In this document: positions 46,304 to 61,300 of the stretch, one piece after another
Layout: every line of letters starts with the position of its first letter
Position numbering within the stretch: position 1 is the stretch's first letter
Assembly: GCA_905331295.1 (NCBI GenBank)
Contig: CAJNYD010000223.1
Span: 124,001 to 188,000 of the forward strand
DNA length: 64,000 bases
Origin: Rotaria socialis
Taxonomy: Eukaryota
Direction: 5' to 3'
The notes under the pieces: generated by a model
The model's input: the letters and a program-made list of their open reading frames with translations, nothing else
What the model was told of the DNA's origin: nothing
Databases searched by the model: none
Program-made: the position numbers and the translations under genes

Positions 46304-49300
46304 ATGATTAGCTCTACATTGAACGACACGGCAGATGATACAGGTGGCAATAAAGATTCAGACACCAAATTAGTGGTACCTACGAATACTATCAATGATT
46401 TAACAACCATTCAGTCAATGACCCCCACAAATTCTACAACAGTACAATCTGGCGAGCAACTCGAGCAAAATAAATATCTTGAATCTAATAGAAAGCTACT
46501 GAATGACAAAACTAATGACACGATGAACGTAACTGAGAAAATTATCGCAGATTCGTCAGCAGTGATGCACAGTAGTTCCAATGCCGAAAGTAGGGAAGGT
46601 TTTACCTTGAAGTATAATGAAAATGGCAACGAAAAAGACGACTTTTTAATAAAACATAATAATGAATTAAATATAACTGAAAATCAAGAACTAAATGAAA
46701 GAACTTCATTACCGGTCGATGAATCGAGTGGCACAATCAGTAAGGAAATCACAATGAGTGGTGATTCCCTATATTTCGATAAAAGTAAGGACGCAATTGA
46801 GAAAAAAGCTTGTAATACAAAAATCTTTTCCGACAAAGTTGTTGATGGTACAAATACTTCTGAATTTCTCAATAATCCAATTGAAAAACCTACTGATTTA
46901 TCAGAATCTTCTTCATCAGCCAACATAAACACTTGCACACAAAATTCAACCAAATTTTCTTTAAATTCAAAAAAATCTCGTTTGCATATATATGTAATGC
47001 GGGACATTGAACCAAAGGAGGTCTTCAATATGGAAGTTGTTTTCTCAAAATCAAGTACGTTTCCGATGGTATCGACTCCGATAAATGCATATACTCGAAA
47101 ACCTGGCCCATTCATTTACTCCATTCAATTAGATTTAACACAGGCACCAGATGGATGTTGGTTCTGTCCAAATGAATCTTCGTGTAATCGTTGCGATTCA
47201 TTTTACATCAGGATCAAGCAAACTAGTTTAAAAGTCACAAAGTGGCATTATGATGATCAACAAAAGCACTCAACAAATATTTTGGCAGAAACATCACATT
47301 TGTTCATACTCGATTCTCACTTCAACAAAAGCTACGGAACCCATGCACCAGGTAAACTATGACGAATTCAATTATGATGGTAATCCGAACGTTGCATTTT
47401 AGGCTCTCAGATACCAATTTTGCGTCAACTTTCTCTCTATACTTCACATATATTAAATAAACATCTGTATGGTACCTTCGACACGCTAGCTAAGCAGGTG
47501 GAAGATTTTTTAAAAAGATCGAATTGCTCTATCGATAATCAACAGGTGAATGACTTCTTAGAGATGTGTTGTCAGTACTTACTGCCAACATTATTGCATG
47601 CCTCTTCACGTGATAGAGTCGTGATTACAATCATTGTTCGTATGATTGGATTGTTAAAAATAGAACGACATACACTTGATGAAAATTCTGAATTGCTTAA
47701 ATTATTTGCAAATAATACATTGTCTTGTGTATCAAAGTACTTAAATGATTTAATTGATTCTCTGAAACCTTCTGAATGTGATCAATTCGAAAATGGTTTA
47801 GCTCTACTGCTATGCGTCCAGTTAGCGACTCGAATATCGATAGAACCTCACTCAAAGAGAGATCATTCCTTCGGAATCGAACTACTTCAGAGTATATCAA
47901 ATGAAGTACAACGCAGAAAAATTATTGATAAAACTGTGAGCTATATAAAACTTTTAAGATGGATAATGAAATTGGAAACAAAAACATGGGGTTCACTTTT
48001 AATGCTTGTTCGATTGGATTACTACTCGTTTACAAATTTAAATCAATGCACTTCTTTCAAAGAATATTTTGAAATTTTAATGAAAATTGTACCGGTACTA
48101 GCACAAAAAGAGACTTTTGAACATAATTTGGAACAAAATTTTCAACATAAGATGCAGAGAAACGTGTTCCCAAGTATGATTATTTCTTCTGCCATCTGAT
48201 AAATTAAAATTCATTGACCTGTACTTTTAGTAACTTTCGAGAGTATCATATATTTGGATACATTCCTAAAAGAAAAGTTATCGGGCAACGATGAATTCAT
48301 GGAAAAATCTTTGAAAACAATTCATTTGGCAATTGAATCCAATCATCTGTTATCAACACAAATAGAAAAATTCATGGGATCTGTGCGCATTGACGATAGA
48401 AACTTCGATGTCATTTGCAGTATTCTGCAACGGATCCCAAGTTCAACTATTTTATATAGTATTGATAGAAAACAAATAATATTAGAATCCCTCAAAAGTT
48501 CGTATTGCCAAAAAACAGATGCATTCTATATGAAATGGTTTAACAGTTTCTTGGTTCCACATCAAGAACAACATTTATTGACTACTGAAAGCGATTTCAA
48601 CTACTGTCTGACGATTTGGCTGTCTTCTTGTATACGTAGTTACGATCAACTTGTTAGATTGTTATCAGGAATTGATCAAATCATAGATGATTTTCATCAA
48701 CATCCATATCTTATCTGCTTTTTAAATCATGTAAACGATCTTTGTTTTCAGGAAGGTAAATCTCTAGAAAATAATTCAGACTTAATCAGTCTATTGTTTA
48801 AATTTCTTCTATAGACACCCGCACGTTTCAGTTATTAGTCGATGTACTTGGAAACATTCGAACAACAAGTTTTCTTGATGAATTCAAGAAGAGATTCATT
48901 CATCTTATTATCATGCCTGCGAAACAGGACTTAAAACGGATGGAAAAAGTCAATAATCCTTTATTAAAACTAGTAGAAATCTATGAAAAACCAAATCGAC
49001 AACAGAAACTTAATGAGATAGTATGTGGCTTAATTAAATTGACATGTGACCAAATAGACATCACCGATGATGTTATAAAACAAAATACGTTCATTCAACC
49101 GAATAGTCAATCACTCGTGTATAAAGTTTTATTTAAGGGATGTTTTAAAGAAACAAAAATCTATCAAAAAACTACAGATTGGATGCTTTGCCAGTGGATT
49201 TTATGGGGAGAAAAAAAAGAATTTAAAATACAAGATATCTATGAATACAAAGATCATACAAAAGAACAACGTGAGGTCTTTAATCGTATTTGGAAATTTA

Positions 49301-52300
49301 TTAGCAATATGTCACAGAAAAACTTTGATTTTGACATGTTGATCAATGAGCAAGAAAAGCAAATCGAAGATTTTACACGTAACATAAATGATATTCTAAC
49401 ATGTTTGAAAATGTATTGTCACAATGGATCCGATATTAATTACTACATCGATCTTCTTGATCAAATACAGAAATCAATCCAGGCGCAAATTATCCGGAAT
49501 GTTTCACTTTCTGAAGATCTCCAGAAACTTTTACCATTGGCCCAAAAACTTAATCCGTATTCTAAGTCGAAAACTTGGAAGATTTTTCTCCAGGATTATT
49601 CAAAACGTAAGATTATATTATCTATTACTGCATGTCTCTAGAAAGCAAACAGAAATTTCTCAACACAATTCAGTTGAGAAATCAATAAGCAAATTGAAAA
49701 TTATATTCAAGGGCATCCAGTAAAGAGTGCGTTAAATAAGAAAGAAGGCTTGCTCGTTAGTAGTTTATCTGAAAGCAACTTATAATAGAATTTCAATAAC
49801 TTCTTCTCATCTCATATTGTGAATACCGGATCATTTTTTGCGGTAAACCGTGGTGCTTATCATTCCTTAGGTAAATTACACTGATATAGGACTCAGTAGC
49901 CGGACCGGTAAAACCGCGGTTAACCGTCGATTTTCTTGTGGTTTTTATTACATGGGATCGTTTTATGAATACTCATTGCTTACAGTCAGTCTATCCAAAT
50001 CAAAGGGCTTGATATAGATTTCAAGAAGCATGGGGATCGAAGGGCTAAATAAAAATATTTTCCTATTATTTTGAACATTTTATAAGTATTTGTGAGAGGC
50101 TCATTCTTAATAAAAGCTAATTTTAAGCATTGTCCACAAGATATTCTTCAATTCTGAAGACTTATGGTCGTTTTCAATTTGCAAAAATCTAAGATATTTC
50201 TTGAATATAATTGAAAAATTGAAATTTTATGCGGAATGATGAAAAAATCTCATAAAATGATTGCTCACTTTTCAGTTGAGACATTTTCTCTGAGTAGATT
50301 TTTGTGAATTTAAAAACGCATATCAAGTCGTTTGTTTGTAATTAGTATATGCGTCCTAACGTTTATTTACAATTACATTCAGTCAGATTTACGTCTTAAA
50401 AGTGAACAGTTTCACTTCTTGACGGACGAATAAAACAAAAATCTATAGTGCTTAGATCTTACGGTCACCGGCCAATTTAAAACTCAAATAAAAAATTATA
50501 GTGTTTGATTCATATCTAAGCTATAGAATGAAAATCAAGACTTCACGTACATGTTCCAATGAATCCGAGGGCTTTGAATACCTAAACACATTTATATGCA
50601 TAGCAGATATTACAGCTTAAAAAAATTAGATAATATCCGAGGTAGAGAAGTATGGGCCGGTTCTCGCTGGAAAACACCTGAACATAGAAGCAGTATTTCG
50701 GCCGCAAAATGTTCTTACTTTGTTCCGGTGGAATCCTGCACTGTCCGGCAGGAACCGGTTGGAAATCATCGGAAAAAATCTGAAGAATTTCCAGTGGGAA
50801 TACTGCTTCCATGTTCCGATGATTTCCGGTGTTTTCCTGCAGGATATGACGATTTTCCCGCATCTTCCCTGCCGGCCCCTGCAGTATCTGGTGGTCGGAA
50901 TGATTGACATGAATATAGATAAGGATTATTTCAGAATATATCTATGGAATCTTCCAGTATTATTATATTATATCCGAACAGCTGCATTCGTTTACATCAT
51001 TCACATTAATTGAACATGATTCTTTATTAACACTCAGAAACACTTCTCTAGTAAAAATTATTGATTATTATGAATTAAATGCTAGAGCATATCTATTTAT
51101 GTTTATTCCATTTACCATATAATCCTTTCGCTGTAGTTTCTCGGCGAAATTTAGTTTCCCAACATATGTAGAATTTATAGGATTATTTAACATAACATTC
51201 AGCCAGTGGCGGCGGAGCCATTGAGAGCCACGAGGCTTGAGCCTCATCTAGATTTCGCAAGATGAGGCTCAACCTCACTTGCATTTGTACTGAATATTGC
51301 TATTTTTTATTCTTGCATCAAAGAAACAGCAAAGAAAAGAGTTTTTTTAGTATTTTCAAATCTTTTCTTTTGTACCCACCATTTCTATTTTTTCTGAAGT
51401 TCAATAAAAAGAAGACTTATTTTCTGATTGAAGCTTACATCAAATTCCACGATAGAAAAACAAATTATGAGCCTCACCTAGCTTAATGACGCTCCGCCGC
51501 CCCAGCATTCAGCAAACATGTTGTAACTTTATTTCGGTGTGCTTTCAATATCTTGAAAACGATTTATATAGTTTTAGTCAAATTTGAAAAGTTGAAAATA
51601 AATATTTGCTGAATATTCTATAGCTGAAAATATTCTCTCTATTTGATCACCATTTTAGTAGCTAAATCAACGACGGGTAACCTTGATCAGGAAATAACAA
51701 CAGATTGCAATGTTGATGTACCACATCAAATCCACTGCTTGGATGAGCTTGAACGAATCAAAGCACTGTTCGACATATTTGATGTAGAATTAAAACGTAT
51801 ATCTGCCCAATGGGATCATCTTCCTATCTCACAAATAATTGCACTTTTCCCTGAATTGCAATTCATTGATGATGATTTTCTCACTCTTAAATCGCTTTTC
51901 AATGATTCGGCTATTCCATCACTTGAAAAAATTCTTAACTATTGGAAACATCATCAGCGTATTAATGAGATGTGCCAAAGTATAATAAAATTACTCAAAT
52001 ATCTTAATTTAACCAATGATAATGATGGTTCATCAATAACTGAACGTATGCTCAAGTTGAACGAAGAAACGCCAGGTGAAATCTGTTGTAAAACGTACAA
52101 TGAATATTGTACGTCTTATTTCAAAAAATATTCGAACGAAACTCTTGATTTCATAGAAAAATTTAACGCTTCAACAGAACTTCTTGAATTTATACGCCCA
52201 TTAACTTCAATTGATATTGAAAGTTTACTTGAATCTATAAACGATTCAGATGAAACGCTGATTGATGCACCAACAATCATTAATTTGACTAAGATAAAAT

Positions 52301-55300
52301 CCTTTTTCGAACATATAAATCAAGAAGTTGAAACAATTCGTAAACAAATATCAACGTCTGTTCCACATGATATAATTATCAAGTGTTTAGAAAATTTATT
52401 GAACAAAACAGAGTTCAAAAACATTGTTTCATATATTGATTCAGGTTTGAACTCTTTAACCTCCATTCAGCGGTTGTACATGGAATTAACAAATAAAGGA
52501 CTGTCGAAACGACAACGTATTCTCGAGATAATGCAAACATCACAGCTGGCTTTTTTAGAACAACGGGAAAATATATATGGAAATATTGAACATCAGTTCA
52601 ATGTTAAAATCACAATTAAAGAGCAAACTCTATCTACTATTAATCATAAATCTACTGTAACTAAAGAAAACATAAAAGAACGATCAATAACTTATGTTGA
52701 TCTTCATGAACTTCGTGATCGAGCACGTCTAATAGAATACTCAACTAATAAAGTAAAAGAAGATTCGGAAGATCAACTTGATAAGCTTCGTTCATTTATC
52801 GAAATGGTAGATCTTATTGAAACAATTTTAAAAGATTTGACATCACTGAATCTTACTGGGCATCCATCTATATTAGAATATCTAGAACCAAAACGTTTAT
52901 TTAGATGCGATGCCGGTCACTTCGACGAGTTGAAAGTCATGTCAAGTCAGCTTAATCAAATTCTTACCGATTGGAATAATTATTTATGTGAAAAATATAA
53001 AGATTATGTTTGTTTGACTTACTTTTCACATCAACAAATCTGGTGGGTGGAAGATTATTTGTATGAAGACGAGTCAGAGTCAACAAAATATTTTGGCTAT
53101 CATTTTATGAAATTTATTGATATTGATATTCCATCGATTCAGACAAATCTTTTACAGAAAAAAGCAGTCAAACCAGAAGAACGTTTACAAAATATTGCTC
53201 GAATATTGAATGATGTGCAAATAGCAACTCCGATAGGATTCTCGAATGAATCAAACATGAATAAAACCATTTATCTTGTGAGCACCACGGATGAGAGTAT
53301 TTTACGTTCAATACTTTCAATCTTTGAATTGAACAAGATGCAACCGAAAATGAACCACCTTTTCTATTGTACACCGACAACAAGTTGGATTGAAATACGA
53401 GCATTTGTATATCGCTGTTTCTATTCGAAAAAATCCCTACATCAATTGATTCGACCTGATCTATTGTCGCTGTCAATTCAAGATCAATTTACACATTTAA
53501 TCCGAGATTTAATTAAAAGCGATCCAGAACGCTCGTTTCATTTAGGTATTGTTACAACAGCATCAACTGATCAATTACAATTAATCAACGGTTTGAAAGT
53601 GCTTAAAATTGATCAAACGGTAGCAGATCATGAATTGCTTGATGAAGAAAAAATGAAAAATGAAATTGAAAAACTCATCGGTGAAAATTGTCAAATGGTA
53701 ACATCGGATATTGTAGGTCTAGGCAAGTCGACGTATATACGAGACAAAATTCAAGAATTGAAGAAAGAATACATCAAAATTACTATTAATGGTAATTTTG
53801 ATGCTGATACAATTACTGAAAGGTTAACCAAAATAACAGCTAAATTGTCATCATCACAAGCCGCTATTCATCTTGATATTGGTATCATGGATAATGTTCA
53901 ACAATTTAATGAATTTCTCTATTGTCTTTTAATGTTTCGTGCTTTTCGATCAGGACGCATGGCTGTAACAATTCCTGCTGATATACCAATATTTATTGAG
54001 TTCGATTCATCGTATTCATCAAGTCGCATAACAAGTAAAGCTGTCGTTTTACGATATTTACCAAAACATCATATTGATCATATCGATTGGAATCAACTAA
54101 AAATTGAAAATCGATGGAGTACACTTTTTGTTGTTCAGTATTTGAAAGCTATTCAGGATCAGACAATTTCTAGTCAGAATATTCAGAGAGATACAAATCA
54201 ATTGAAAGATTTGACTGTCGAACAATGTATCACACATTTGAAAAATCAATTCGATACGGGAAAAAACAACGAACTGGCTACTTGGACACAATTGAACATT
54301 TATACATCTATATACGACACTATATTTAGTGGATTTTCCCTATGTGGACATTTTATGGTATTTATATTTAATGATAAAGACGAACAAAAATCTCAACTAC
54401 GTATTCAGATATTTGACGATGAACAAGAACAAATACAAAAGGCTCAACTACGTATTCATATACTCCAAACTTTATTAGATTCATCTAGCCAATTCACATC
54501 TCTGTCAGTTAGAAATGTTCGTAATAAGCAGCGATCACTAGACATTACTGATACTTCACTGAGCGATGCTATAGTACGGTGGGACAAGACAGATCCTTTT
54601 ACTGTTGTGTTTTCTGATACATATGATCCCTTATTCATTTACAAGGCCATCAACGATATACCGGAGTCACTTCGAATCGAGTTTCAAAGATGTAACAGAA
54701 TAGAAAGAAGAGCTACCCAGGGCACACACACTCGACAGGATCTTTTCCGACTCAGAAGAAGCCGATTGAGTGGCCTGGATAGGCAACAACACAACACACA
54801 AACACAAGAATTATTACCAGATTATAGCAAATTGAAACATGAGGAGCTCTTTTTAAAACTAGCTTCATTATCGAAGAAGTATTATCGAAGACCAATTTGC
54901 CGAAAATGTTTCAAACAATATGAATCGACAGTGAAACATTGCCAATCGTGTCCAGCCAAAGATCAATTATATTGGGCTCATGAACTGAAAACTAATCAGA
55001 TGGAAAGTCTTATAAAAGATATTGGCAATAATCTTGGAACTCATTATGTTTTGACGCCGGATAATTACATCAAAATGCTATTGATCTACTTGCGTATTCA
55101 AAGCAATATACCCGTGTTAATTATGGGTGAAACAGGTATAGATCTATATATAACAGCTATGTCTTAATAATTATGTATTACAACTGATATTGATCTGAAA
55201 GGCTTTCTGATTTGAGGCTAAAAGATTCATAGGAAAGAAACCAATAAAAACTTTTTAAGTACTAGAGCTTTTATATTCCATTTGTTTCTCCTGTATTTCA

Positions 55301-58300
55301 ATCTTTTTCATTATTCGTCTCAAATATTGTGTCTATTGAAGTGGCTGTTAAGAAAAAGGGTCGAAGTTTTATTTATTTTTCTTTCTGGCATCTAACATCG
55401 TATTTAACGTTCCTTTACCGTTTAGGAAATAGCATAGCACGTTTATGTTTTACACAACCGATTTCTTTTATGCTAATTAGATCTACGTATGCTACGCGTA
55501 TTTCTTGTATCAAAACTGGGATATATTGATTTTTGACTTAGCAAAACGGTTTCTGTCTACTTGATTATTTCAAATCATTGAAAAACCACTGTAATATTGA
55601 GTAGACGATTAGAAAAATAGCCAGATATAGCACATAAAATATAATTCATAGGTATTTTTATTCAAGCATGAGGGATACGGATGTACGGTGTAGTTGCGAA
55701 TGAAAACAAAACTCAGAATTCAGATTTTTTTCCCGCTACATATAGGCTTATTTTTCAACAGATATCCACCCCGAATGATATGGAAATGGTCGAGATGAAA
55801 ATATCGAATATAAAAAAATGCCGAAACGTTCGAAGATGACTTAAATAAACAGTTTAATATTAAATTGTATCCTATTGGTAGCTACAGTTAAGTAATGATA
55901 TTTTTCTCATTATACATTGTATGATACCCCCACTATAGAAGCCCTCCAGAGAAAGGTCAATATGAAAATGGGTTAGAAGCCCCCTGGGCTTCTATTAATA
56001 CAGTAGTAAATTTTGTTGTCTCTCTATATAAAATTTCACAGATTTTCGCAAAATTATTTGAGCTTATCGCAAATAAATAGTGAAGATCATTGAAATAATG
56101 ACTCACTTACAAGGAGCAAACAGCTGAAATCAGACTTTTCTTCTTTTTTGTGATTTTTCTTATTTGCTTGATTTTAAATTAGAAAAACTCAAAAAAAAAT
56201 CAGCAATAAATTAAAAGTTTTAAAAAATAAAAAAATAAAATAAACTTACAAATTAGAAAAAACAATAAAAAATTTAAAAGAATCAAAATTTTAACAAATT
56301 ATAGAAATCAAAACAATCTGTTTCAAGTTGTCTCAGCCTAAATTGATATTTCGGACAGCAGAGATTAAAAATTTTATGAATCATGTTAGATCGAGTCATT
56401 GATTATTTTTATTTTCCTGATTTTTTGATTCTTTTATTTTTTTATTTTTTGTTTTTGAAACTTCTGTACGAAAGCCGCATTAGTCGCCCTCTCATAATAG
56501 AAGACCCATTAAAAAAATTTTGAACGCTGTTCAGTTAAGAAACCCCCGGGATATTCTATTATGGGTGGGGGTACGTGATGGTGCAGCTGTGAGCATCGCC
56601 ATATTGAGCATCTTCACACCCTCCCCTTCCTTTAATTATGGTGTAGCCATGAGTTATGATCGAACACCACCTTTTCAGAGTATAGAATGAATAAAAGCAA
56701 GATGAATTTTTTACGGTGTGGTGGTAAATGTCGATGTGCCTCTTAAATAAATAAGTGACACACCTACATCCTCACCGCATCTAATTTTAGTTGCTAAGCC
56801 ATATTTTGAGTTTCGGATAATATGTACATTGCGGATATCCGCATTCAAGTGTTTTGTTCTGAGAAAGTTTCTTTAAGCATATTTTCAGTTTTAAAACATT
56901 GACTACGATAAATATAGTTCAGCGATAGTTTATTGCTTGATAGATTTTTAATTCAATTGACCAATTTTTTTTTTAATTACTATGAGTATGTTGGTTATAG
57001 GATGCGGTAAGACATCATTGATACAAAGCTTATGTCAATACATTCTTGAAGATGAACTAGCAGTATTTAGTGTTCATGCTGGTATTATGAACGAAGATAT
57101 TGTCGAAAAGATGAACGAATTTAAAACGGAAGCCGAAAAATGTAAAGATCATGATCCACCGAAACGATTATGGATATTTTTCGATGAATTCAATACAACA
57201 TCATGTATTGGTCTATTCAAAGAAATAATTTGTGAGAGAACATTACTTGGTGAATCTTTACCAGATAATATGGTTTTTTTGGGTGCATGTAATCCACAGC
57301 GACAAAAAACTAATAAAATTACATTCGACAGCGATATCGGTATTAAAAAAGATCGTTACGCATCGGACAGATTGATTCATATCAGTGGTAATGTATCGCT
57401 GTTGTACAATGTTGTATCAATACCTGAAACAATGCTTGAATATGTTTGGGACTTTGGTTTTCTCGATAAAGATACTGAAAAAAAATATATTGAGACAATG
57501 TTAAATACATGCCAAGAACTGAAATCAAATTCGATTTGGTTTCAAATTGCAATAGAACTAGTTGTTACATCCCAGGCGTTTTTCCGGGAATATGAAGATG
57601 TTAGCAGTGTTTCATTGCGAGATGTGTCTCGGTTTTGTCGTTTATATAATTGGTATTTTGATTCTATTCGCAAAGCTGAATACAGAGGAAGCATGAACAC
57701 ATGCGCATCGGATATATTAAGTTGCTCCTGTTTAATCGCTTTAGCTCTCTGCTATTATTTCCGCATAAGTTCACCTGAACAACGTGTTAACTATGTCAAT
57801 GAAATTGAAACTGTTCTAAACAATATTACTGACATAAGTTCAAAGATAAGCAAATCGTTCATCGATATTCTACGCGATGAAGAGAACACTTTAGTTAATC
57901 AAATGGAATTGCCGGCAGGTACAGCTAAAAATCGTGGATTAATTGACAATATATTTGTACTTGTTGCCTGTATTATCAATCGAATACCTGTTATTCTATG
58001 TGGAAAGCCGGGTTGTGGCAAAACATCATCAGTACAAATTGTGATGGCAAATCTCAAAGGGAAAAAATCTAAAGATCTTTACTTTCAGCAATTGCCCTCG
58101 TTGATTCCAGTTTCATATCAGGGTTCCCAAAATTGTACATCGGAAAGTGTTAAAAAAGTTTTCGAACGTGCTAATAAATATTTAGAAGACAAACAAACAA
58201 ATGAAATCTTACCGGTAATAGTATTCGATGAAATTGGTCTTGCTGAATTATCACCACACAATCCCTTGAAAGTTTTACACAGTGAACTTGAAGTTGATTC

Positions 58301-61300
58301 ATGTCAACACGGTTTTGTAGGTCTATCGAATTGGCGTTTGGATGCATCGAAAATGAATCGTGCTCTTTATCTCGCCTGTCCTGATCCAGACGAAAATGAC
58401 TTACAATCGACTGCTACCGCTATTTTACAAGCGGAAATAGTGGAAATGTCAAAACATAAACAGATTATACGACCTGACGAGGTAATTATTCAAAGTTTAG
58501 TCACTGCCTATCATGGTTTATATGAATTGATCAATAGCGAACGAAAATATGAGAATTATTTCGGTCTTAGAGACTACTATGCCATGATGAAAAGCGTGGT
58601 ACACGATTTAGTCGTACCTCAGCAAGAACATGATATATTTAAAAGTATTCGACGGCACTTGAAAGTCAATTTTGATGGTACATGGGATGCATCAGAATAT
58701 ATGTGGAAAAGGTTTTGTGAAAATATGGGGCAAGATAATCTCATCGGTCGGTATAAATCAGTATCGAAATTTGATCAAATACTTGATCAATGTTTATCAG
58801 CTAGAACTGGTCGATATTTAATGTTGATCGGTAAAGATGAGAGCGTTATCGATTATGCCGAACAACATATTCGATCTAAATATACAACATGCCCATATCG
58901 ATCATTAATCGGAAGTTCGCTCTCGGGCGATCTATTCGATGGACATACATACACCGAGCGATATAATTATAAAGTATTAATGGATGTTATTCTATATGTT
59001 GAAACAAAAGTCACTTTGATCATGCGTCGTATGGGTCATCTTTATGATAATCTCTATGATTTATTCAATCAAAATTTTGCTGTATCAGCACAAAAGAAAT
59101 TTTGTCGTATTGCACTTGGTGATCTATATCATCCACGTTGTTTAGTCAACGATGAATTCTATTGTATCGTATTTGTTCAAGAAGCAGATTTATCTAAATG
59201 TGATCCACCATTTTTGAACCGTTTCGAAAAACATGTAATCGATATGAAAAGTTTAGTTCATCAATATCATTGGTCAGTTCAACTCAAAATTATAGATTGG
59301 TTAAAAAGTCTTTTACCTAAAGATTGTAATGATCATTTTCCATTGTTTCAACATTTATTCGTCGATTACAGTGATAATTATATATGTACTATAGTACTGG
59401 ATGCATTTCAACACCTAAAAATTTCAGTGGACGACGAACCAACTGAGACGAACATAAATGCTGCACTCAAATACTGCCAAGATAAGTTAATTGACACAAG
59501 TTCATTGGATTTTCCATTGATATTGTCATTGAAGGAAAATAATACCAATACAGATGTTAATTGTCTCATCGAAAAATATTATGAGAAACACAATTCTCTA
59601 CTATTTCCATCTCTTCTTACAACTACCCTCGAAAAAGCACAGATACCGAATAAAGTCATTTACACCTATACTCAGATTTATGATCCAATTAATTTTGAGA
59701 ATGGCACAGGTGAAATCGAAGAAATCAAATTGGGCACTTTTAAAACGGAACTTGAATTTACAAAAAGAATAAAAGCACATTTTAAACAATCAGAAAAAAA
59801 ATGTCGCTTATTATTGATTCGTGTCGATTATCATGAAGATCATAAACATATACTTTTAACTAAACATATTCTACTCAATGAACATGTAATGAACAGCAAA
59901 TGTGGTGTATGGTTAATACTTCATCTTCAGCGTAATATGTTAAATCAAACAACAAATGATGTTCTATTCAACGGTTGGTCACCTGTGATGATTGATGATC
60001 TTAATAAATCTCAACTTATTTCAAAAGATGCTTTTATTAATTCATTTTATATTAATTTAATTGAACACGGTGGATATCATCTTTCTGATTGTTTATTTAA
60101 TGATACACTTTCTCGGTGTCTTGGTAAATTCAATTATCAAGTTGCTCATAAAAAATTCCAAACAAGAATTAATGCTCGTCGCTTGGAATTAATTAATTCG
60201 TTTATAACCGATAAGACTACAACTACCCAGCCTGAAACCCTGCGTTCTATTGTTCACAATCAATTGAGTATGTTGATTGAAAGAGTTGGATCGTCTCAAG
60301 AGTTGTTAGGTTTATACGATTGGCGTAGAGATTTATTAATAAATCCTATTATTATTGGTCGATGCCGATCCGTTCTCGATGGTATTGATATGATCGTTTC
60401 ATTATTCTATGAGAAATGTTTCTTGTTGCTTTTTACACATATTGAAAAACACTCTTTTATTGATACATATCAGTTTATTTCAACCTATGACGATAAACCT
60501 ATCGGTAGTGGCTTATATTCGATTTGGCATCAATGTCTAATATTTGTACTTGAAAAGATCGACTTAACCATAATTCAACGAAATTTGGACAGTATCTCAT
60601 TCACTTTTGATTTACACTTGCCATGCGCCAAAATTGAATATAAAACAATTCGAAAAATGCGAGATATAATCGCACAAGAGATTCATACGAAGGATGATGA
60701 TGATGATTTTGATGATGAGAAAATCCTGAAGAGAGCAGTAGAATTATGGCGTTCAACGAGTTTCTATCAATTTCTAGAAAATTTTCAATTAATTGAAAAT
60801 AATTTTGACATATTCAAACATTACTATCATGATCAAGTGACACTCGCATTAGAAGAAGCGAAAATATATAATTTGTCATCAGAGTTTGTTGAATCTCTAC
60901 TGACAACAAATTCCTATCGATCTATTGCCAATAGACTTCAACATTTATTAATTGATCACGAAGAATTATTTGAATTATTACGAATATTTGAAATTGGATC
61001 AGAGCTGATCGATGAAAAGACAGTAATGACGACATTCAAACAACTTATATTTCTTGATGATTCAGTATTTGCAACGCAAAGAAAAAATGGCGCACTTTAT
61101 GCGCTCGTTTTAGCTAAAGAACGCAAATTTTATTTGATACCACCCAATGAGACGCTAACAAGCCAAAATGATTTTGAATTCGAATGTGAAGGTGATCCTT
61201 GGATTGAAACATGCCTAATGAACTTAATTGAATTACTTGTTTCTGAATCAGTTATTAAGAAAAACAAAGATATCGAGAGATTATCAACAATTTACGGTCT

